From Bacteroidales bacterium (GTDB lineage Bacteria; Bacteroidota; Bacteroidia; Bacteroidales; UBA3824): a DNA stretch of 64,000 nucleotides. Below, one piece after another: positions 58,204 through 64,000 of the stretch. Under the pieces are notes generated by a model. That model had not been told where the DNA came from and ran no database searches. It saw only the letters and a program-made list of their open reading frames with translations. The DNA lies in the NCBI GenBank assembly GCA_017960885.1, contig JAGCYI010000219.1:19782-83781 (forward strand), read 5' to 3'. A program made the translations under genes and the position numbers. Position 1 is the stretch's first letter. Each line of letters starts with the position of its first letter.

Positions 58204-61200
58204 TGCTAACACGTTTGTTTATAAAGTTATACAGATATCTCTCAAAGCATAAAGCACTTAGGCTTTCGCTTATGATACTTGTGTGCGCATTGGCAACTGT
58301 GGGCGCATTGCAACTCAATTTCAGAGAAGACATTTCGGATTTTCTGCCACAAAAAAGCGGCTATTCCAAAGTGTCAAATTTTATAGGCATAGCAGCAGGG
58401 AACTCCCGTATCTTCATATTTATCAATCAAAAAGACTCGGTTTACAATCCCGACACCCTCACTCGCAGGATGGACGGCTTTGCAAGTTATCTCAAAAAAA
58501 CCGGATCCCAGCTTGTGGCAGATATCGAACCACGCACCAACGACAACGCTATCAACACCACGGCAAAATTTGTTCAAGAAAACATCCCTCTGTTTATCGA
58601 TAGTGCAAGATTCCGTTTTGCTGCCGACTCGTGCCTAACACCTCAGCACGCAGAAAAAGCCATCCAAACAGACAAAACCATTCTGCAGTCGCCCACGCCA
58701 GGATATGTTAAAAATGTAGTACAAAGCGACCCGCTCGGATTGTTTGTAAACGTATTGTCTGATTTGCAAAGTTTCAAGCCTGCAAGTGGTTACACTTTAT
58801 ACAACGGCTACATTATGGAGCCCGAAATGAAACGCGGTGTCATATTTTTTGATTCGCCCACAGGAATGAGCGAAAGCGGCGTCAACACACAAATTGTGGA
58901 ACTTATGCAAAATGCCGCCAACGAATTTCAAAACCTCTATCCCGACACCGAGGTAAACATTTTCGGTCCGCCGGTTATAGCGGTGTGCAATGCTGCTCAA
59001 ATCAAAAAGGATTCGCTTCTAACATCGGTCTTGTCAATCATTCTTATTTTACTAATACTTTGGTTTTCAATAAGAAACATTCGCAATTTGTTAGTAATGG
59101 GCATAACGCTCGCCTTTGGTTTCGCAGTGGCAGCGGCAATGTCGTGGATTATGTTCGGGGGCATTTCGATCATCGCGCTTGGTATTTGCGCCGTGTTTAC
59201 AGGTATTGCCGCCAACTATCCTTTGCACTTTATCACGCATTACTACCATACCAACAATATGGAACAGAATATCAGAGAGATAGCATCCCCTCTTATAACA
59301 GGAAACGTTACCACTGTGGCGGCGTTTTTGGCGTTGATATTCGCTGACAGCCCTGCATTGCGAGACCTGGGATTTGCCGGAGGCATTTTGCTGATTGCCG
59401 CCATTTTGTTTACGCTGGTGTTCTGCCCTCATTTGGTAAAAAAAATCGACACGCAAAACCTATCGTCGAAACGCGGTATGAACCTAAGTTTCAATTTTTT
59501 GCAAAAAAAATATGTAACCATACCCGTGCTGGTGATAACCCCCGTGCTTGTCTGGCTCGGAACAAAAACCGAATTCGACGGCGAAATGAGCCGGCTCAAC
59601 TATATGACACCATCATTACGAGCCGAAGCCGCCCACACTTTTGGTATGATGAACAGCGACAGCGCCATATCAGTGTACGTGGCTACCACTGGCAACAATA
59701 TCGAAGAGGCTCTGCAACGATACGAAAAAGCCGCGCCCATTGCCGACAGCCTACTGAAAACCAACACCATACAAAAAGTTTCTGGCATAGGAAACTTTGT
59801 ACCGTCAAAAAAGCTCCAACAGCAGCGCATAAATCTATGGAACACATTTACAAACACTTACCGCGACTCAATTCTTAAACTCACTGATTATCACGCCGAA
59901 CAACAAAATCTCAACAAAAACTATTTCAACAAGGCTGAAAAAATACTCAGAGACACATTTGAAGTAAAGGATTATGAGTTTTTTGAGCCGTTGCTCAATA
60001 CTGGAGCAGGCGGATACATCACTGTCGACAGCACTTGCTCCGCTGTGATTACTATTCTGCGCGTAAAACCAGAATTAGCTAAGCAGGTAACAGAATGTTT
60101 CGCCGGATTAGACCCCGACATATCAGCATTCGACGAGCGCATTGTATCTCAAACACTTACCGAAAGTCTTAGCGACAATTTCAACTTTGTGCTATTTTCG
60201 GCGGGATTCATAGTTTTCATCTTCCTAACCATCTCTTTCGGACGGGCAGAACTTAGCGTCATTTCATTTATCCCACTTACTGTCAGCTGGTTTTGGATTC
60301 TTGGAATAATGTATCTAACAGGCATAAGTTTCAACATTGTAAACATAATACTCGCCACATTTATTTTTGGTCAGGGCGACGACTACACCGTATTTATCAC
60401 CGAGGGACTCATCTACGAACACTCCCGCGGACGCAAAGTGCTCGATTCGTTCAAGAATAGCGTGGCTGTGTCGTCGCTGATAATGTTTGTGGGTATAGGA
60501 TCGCTGATTTTTGCCCAACATCCTGCCATGAAGAGTCTTGGTGTGGTGGTGGTGATAGGAATGTTTTCGGTGGTGGCTGCGGCATATATTTTCCCGCCGA
60601 TGCTTTACAATTTCTTGGTTAAAGAACGTGACGGAAGTCCAAGACAGTTTCCATACACTTTTAGAAGTATGGCAGGGTCGTTGTTTTACTTCCTCAGATT
60701 TTTATGGATATGTTTCTGGATGCGTATGTACACGATTTTTGTTAAAAACCGCGAAAAGATCCACTTCAAAATGTATCAATACGTTCAGATGATTTACGAT
60801 GCGCCACGTGTTAAGTTTCAAGTAAACAACCCTTACGGCGAAGATTTCTCAAAACCATGCCTTATTATAGCCAACCACCAAAGCAGTTTTGATATTCTTG
60901 CCATCAAAAGCCTGTCGCACAAGATTTTGTTCCTCACCAACGACGCTCAGCAGAAGAATTTTATCTACGGCAATTTTCTCAAAAAGGCAGATTTTTATCC
61001 CTCATCGCTTGGCTACGATGTTTTGGTAGAAAAATTCAAACCTCTTGTGGCCCAGGGGTATTCAATTGTAATTTTCCCCGAAGGAACACGATCTACCAAC
61101 GGCACTATTCACCGTTTCCATCAAGGTGCGTTCTATTTGGCTAAGCAACTGGGTCTCGACATTGTGCCTATTGTACTTCTCGGACTCAATCTCGTTTTCA

Positions 61201-61661
61201 AAAAGGGCGGCTTAATTGTAAATCCTGGCAAAATGGTGTTAGAGATAGGCAAAAGAGCCGGCGCCGACAATCCCCTTGTTGCAGAAACCACTTTGGAAAC
61301 GGCACGCAATTTCCGTCACTATATCATTGATTATATGGAAGGTATGCGCAAAGAACATCAAAACAAAGACTACTACCTTCCCCTCGTTTATCACAACTAT
61401 CTATACAAGGGCAGCGAAATTGCCAACTCAGTGAAAAAAAGCCTCAACGGCGACCTAAGTTTCATCGACTCTTTTACCGGCAGCACCAAAGAGTTCACCA
61501 ATTGTGGATACGGCGAAATAGCCCTGCTGTTTGCCCTGGTACATCCCGAAACCGAGGTGACTGCCTCTGATCCCGACCCCGACAAAATTCTCGTAGCCAA
61601 AAACTGCGTATCTGTTCCTTCAAACCTCAAATACACATCACCAACATGCGACACCTTATAA
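58203..61661 (+). CDS. fusion protein: MMPL/RND-like 12-TM transporter + PlsC-type (LPLAT) acyltransferase + short class-I methyltransferase-like stub
   Basis: Two 6-TM bundles with large loops. HX4D is NHQSSFD (60876-60893) and FPEGTRS lies near 61074-61092. The C-terminal NCGYGEIALLFALVHPETEVTASDPD (about 61501-61575) looks like SAM motif I plus the acidic loop, and then the protein ends. TGATG overlap with the GT2 gene. Confidence 0.75.
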   Translation: MLTRLFIKLYRYLSKHKALRLSLMILVCALATVGALQLNFREDISDFLPQKSGYSKVSNFIGIAAGNSRIFIFINQKDSVYNPDTLTRRMDGFASYLKKTGSQLVADIEPRTNDNAINTTAKFVQENIPLFIDSARFRFAADSCLTPQHAEKAIQTDKTILQSPTPGYVKNVVQSDPLGLFVNVLSDLQSFKPASGYTLYNGYIMEPEMKRGVIFFDSPTGMSESGVNTQIVELMQNAANEFQNLYPDTEVNIFGPPVIAVCNAAQIKKDSLLTSVLSIILILLILWFSIRNIRNLLVMGITLAFGFAVAAAMSWIMFGGISIIALGICAVFTGIAANYPLHFITHYYHTNNMEQNIREIASPLITGNVTTVAAFLALIFADSPALRDLGFAGGILLIAAILFTLVFCPHLVKKIDTQNLSSKRGMNLSFNFLQKKYVTIPVLVITPVLVWLGTKTEFDGEMSRLNYMTPSLRAEAAHTFGMMNSDSAISVYVATTGNNIEEALQRYEKAAPIADSLLKTNTIQKVSGIGNFVPSKKLQQQRINLWNTFTNTYRDSILKLTDYHAEQQNLNKNYFNKAEKILRDTFEVKDYEFFEPLLNTGAGGYITVDSTCSAVITILRVKPELAKQVTECFAGLDPDISAFDERIVSQTLTESLSDNFNFVLFSAGFIVFIFLTISFGRAELSVISFIPLTVSWFWILGIMYLTGISFNIVNIILATFIFGQGDDYTVFITEGLIYEHSRGRKVLDSFKNSVAVSSLIMFVGIGSLIFAQHPAMKSLGVVVVIGMFSVVAAAYIFPPMLYNFLVKERDGSPRQFPYTFRSMAGSLFYFLRFLWICFWMRMYTIFVKNREKIHFKMYQYVQMIYDAPRVKFQVNNPYGEDFSKPCLIIANHQSSFDILAIKSLSHKILFLTNDAQQKNFIYGNFLKKADFYPSSLGYDVLVEKFKPLVAQGYSIVIFPEGTRSTNGTIHRFHQGAFYLAKQLGLDIVPIVLLGLNLVFKKGGLIVNPGKMVLEIGKRAGADNPLVAETTLETARNFRHYIIDYMEGMRKEHQNKDYYLPLVYHNYLYKGSEIANSVKKSLNGDLSFIDSFTGSTKEFTNCGYGEIALLFALVHPETEVTASDPDPDKILVAKNCVSVPSNLKYTSPTCDTL

Positions 61662-62497
61662 TTATAATAACATTACTGTTGACTATCCCCACAAAAGCTC
61701 AAGATTATATACAACTGTGGGGTAATCATCCCGACGATTTTCGCAAAAAGGCTGTGCGTCTATACCACATGCCAGCCGGCAACGGTATTGCTAAAAAGGC
61801 AATAATCTTCTGTCCCGGTGGAAGTTACTGCTATCTTGCCAAAGAAAACGAAGGTTTTTCGCCTGCCAGGCTCTTCAACTCTTACGGCTACGACTGCTTT
61901 GTGCTGCTCTACCGCCGAGGCATGCGTGGCAACCGATATCCGGCACAAATTCAAGACTTACAGATGGCTATCCACTACATCAAGACTATTTTGCACCCAT
62001 ACGACACTCTCGGGGTATGCGGTTTTTCGGCAGGTGGTCACCTTAGCGGTACGTCTGCCATATATTTCAACAAAGATTTCAACAACATATTCAACGGAGA
62101 TATGCCACAAAACTACTTCCGCCCAGATTTCTCAATTATGATTTATCCAGTTATAACCATGCAAGAAGGATATGTGCATTGCAAATCGCGGAGAAACCTT
62201 TTGGGGCAATATTACACCGAACAAGCCAAAGACAGCATGAGCCTCGAACGCCATGTACACAACCAGATGCCGCCAATGTTTATCATCAACTGCACCGACG
62301 ACCCTATTGTGGATTATCACAACGCTCTGATGTTCAACGATTCGCTAAACGCCACAACTGTGCGCCATTACTACAAGCTTTATCCCGTAGGCGGACACGG
62401 ATTCGGCATCAAACCCGAAAGAATAAAATCCAACGACCAATCGGCGGCGTTTTGGTACAAAGATTTTTTTAAATTTATTGGAGAAGCCTCACAATAA
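61646..62497 (+). CDS. alpha/beta hydrolase (esterase/lipase-like)
   Basis: Signal peptide. Nucleophile elbow GFSAGGH, HGGG-like FCPGGSY and C-terminal DD...GGHGF. 16-bp overlap with the previous gene. Confidence 0.8.
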   Translation: MRHLIIIITLLLTIPTKAQDYIQLWGNHPDDFRKKAVRLYHMPAGNGIAKKAIIFCPGGSYCYLAKENEGFSPARLFNSYGYDCFVLLYRRGMRGNRYPAQIQDLQMAIHYIKTILHPYDTLGVCGFSAGGHLSGTSAIYFNKDFNNIFNGDMPQNYFRPDFSIMIYPVITMQEGYVHCKSRRNLLGQYYTEQAKDSMSLERHVHNQMPPMFIINCTDDPIVDYHNALMFNDSLNATTVRHYYKLYPVGGHGFGIKPERIKSNDQSAAFWYKDFFKFIGEASQ

Positions 62498-62502
62498 GCG
62501 CG

Positions 62503-63645
62503 TTAAAGCTTAATATTGCAGCTTATGGCACAATGGTCGGAAAGGTGTTCGGGGTGAGTGGTAAATCCGCGCGACTGCATTTCTGGCGAATGTAGAATAT
62601 AATCTATACGGAAATTCAAGAATTTCAGCGTCATAGTAGTACCAAACCCTGTACCGCTCTCGCAAAAGGCATCATCGAGGTCGCCCCTCACCTTGTGATA
62701 GCAATACGACACCGGCGGCTCGTTAAAATCACCGCAAACCACCACAGGATATGGCGAAGCCTTTATCATAGAATCAATTACTGTAGCTTGCATACACCGT
62801 TCTGAATATGCCGCGCCTATCTTTTGATAGATATTTTTAAAACCCGACATATTCTTGCTATTGTTTTTATGATCGAGGCTATCGATAAAGCGGTAATCGT
62901 CGTAACCTAAGTGAATGGATTTCAGGTGGATATTAAAAATTCTTATCTTCTTACCGTAGACATCGGCATCGGCGGTGATACCGTTGATATTGTTGGCGCT
63001 GTCGATGATGTAACGACGGTTTTCTAATTTAAATCTCGAAAAAATCACATAGCCCTTGTCGGTTTTGAGCCAATGCTCGTCGGTATTGTAGTCGCGGATA
63101 ATGTAAGGCGCATTCAAGATGTCGCGGATAATAGTCTCATTATTAACGCTGTCGGCATATCGGGCATAAAATTCCTGAAAGCAGATAATGTCGGGCGAAA
63201 CAAACTGTAAAAATTCAAAAATCTTTTGTCTTGTATCAGTTTTACCTTTAATCCAATTGTAACGGTCTAACAATCTGACATTGAACGACATAACATTAAA
63301 CGAAGAATCATCGTGGTTGGCGTAGTCGTTGCTGTCGAAATATGCCGTAGGCTTTAGCTGAACGGTATTGCGAATATATCCAAAGCCAATAAGCACCAAT
63401 GCCGCCATAATAATTGCAGCCTTGCGCTTAATCACCGCCAGCACAATAGCATATACCACGTCCACAGCCAAAATAAATGGATAAGCCATACCCACGTACT
63501 GCGGAAACTGAAACACGTCGGGACTTATAAACACCGCCACATACGCCAACAGTGTTACCAGTATCAAAAACACCGTAAAATAGTTTTTGGCACGGCTCAA
63601 CACTCTAATGATAATATGCCTATTGTTTTGGACCTCGCTCTCCAT
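62503..63645 (-). CDS. membrane-anchored endonuclease/exonuclease/phosphatase (EEP) family protein
   Basis: Three N-terminal TM helices, then EEP blocks (FNVMSFNVR, ICFQEF, GDFNEP, SDHCAI). Confidence 0.8.
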   Translation of the reverse strand: MESEVQNNRHIIIRVLSRAKNYFTVFLILVTLLAYVAVFISPDVFQFPQYVGMAYPFILAVDVVYAIVLAVIKRKAAIIMAALVLIGFGYIRNTVQLKPTAYFDSNDYANHDDSSFNVMSFNVRLLDRYNWIKGKTDTRQKIFEFLQFVSPDIICFQEFYARYADSVNNETIIRDILNAPYIIRDYNTDEHWLKTDKGYVIFSRFKLENRRYIIDSANNINGITADADVYGKKIRIFNIHLKSIHLGYDDYRFIDSLDHKNNSKNMSGFKNIYQKIGAAYSERCMQATVIDSMIKASPYPVVVCGDFNEPPVSYCYHKVRGDLDDAFCESGTGFGTTMTLKFLNFRIDYILHSPEMQSRGFTTHPEHLSDHCAISCNIKL

Positions 63646-63660
63646 AATTCTAAATTTGGA

Positions 63661-63999
63661 TTAAAGATTTTCCACAAACTTAGGAATTTCTACTATCTGA
63701 CGGTCTTTGGCAAGTTTGAAATTAAGATAAGTGATTTTTTTGCCCTCAGCAAGAAATATTTTTTCATAAAAAGTCTGAATATCAGCAGCAACCCCCTTAT
63801 AACCAGAGGCGTAAAGGTCATCGGTTGCAAAATCGGGAATTATACCGTTGGCATCGAGCAAAGCACGAGTGTAAAAATGGAGCAAACGGCTGTCGGTTTT
63901 AAGATGAATACGGGCGCCGTCAACGCAAATCTTGCGATACAGGTTTAAGAAAAACGCAGAGGTAAGGCGCTTGTTCTGCTTTTTGGGCTGAGGGTCGGC
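63661..63999 (-). CDS. trmB: tRNA (guanine-N7)-methyltransferase, C-terminal part (runs off the window)
   Basis: The frame stays open to the window edge: ADPQPKKQNKRLTSAFFLNLYRKICVDGARIHLKTDSRLLHFYT... This matches the TrmB PDPxPKK / HxKTD blocks. Confidence 0.75.
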   Translation of the reverse strand, partial: ADPQPKKQNKRLTSAFFLNLYRKICVDGARIHLKTDSRLLHFYTRALLDANGIIPDFATDDLYASGYKGVAADIQTFYEKIFLAEGKKITYLNFKLAKDRQIVEIPKFVENL

Positions 64000-64000
64000 A

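Overview
The window looks like a Bacteroidales-type (Bacteroidota) chromosomal segment. Gene content and repeated matches to the Bacteroides -7 promoter box TAnnTTTG support this. It is densely coding, with about 56 CDS, many joined by 1-4 bp overlaps. I saw no rRNA, tRNA or CRISPR array by eye. Most of it is housekeeping: gdhA, etfBA plus an acyl-CoA dehydrogenase, a glsA/glsB-like glycine-lipid pair, an LptF/G permease, ribBA, an OstA-like protein, dnaJ-grpE, holB plus a PSP1/RicT protein, a TrpB2-type tryptophan synthase beta, manA and trmB. Eight regions deserve a second look. (1) 263-5754: a SiaC-type DUF1987 phosphoprotein is coupled to a PAS histidine kinase and a TPR/PAS pseudokinase that has Gln in place of the phospho-acceptor His. 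(2) 25.8-28.9 kb: a putative metal-uptake trio made of a Cys/His-rich small membrane protein, a TonB-dependent receptor and a His/Glu-rich lipoprotein. (3) 28.9-30.8 kb: an apparently orphan Cache-HAMP methyl-accepting chemotaxis protein. (4) 33.9-37 kb: a lipid-type module of an LpxL-like acyltransferase, a KAS, a truncated KAS-like protein and a half-size EamA protein, packed directly behind holB-ricT. (5) 43.9-44.2 kb: a non-coding region with three families of phased short direct repeats. (6) 44251-45307: a low-GC 986-bp cassette carrying only a PIN/VapC toxin-antitoxin pair, bracketed by a 71-nt direct repeat that duplicates the 3' end of an OmpA-family gene. (7) 53.3-56.1 kb: a 936-aa HAMP-GAF-PAS coiled-coil sensor with no recognisable output domain. 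(8) 57.4-62.5 kb: a GT2 gene followed by an MMPL-like transporter fused to an LPLAT acyltransferase and a methyltransferase stub. All functional calls rest on motif recognition in the supplied translations. No database search was possible.
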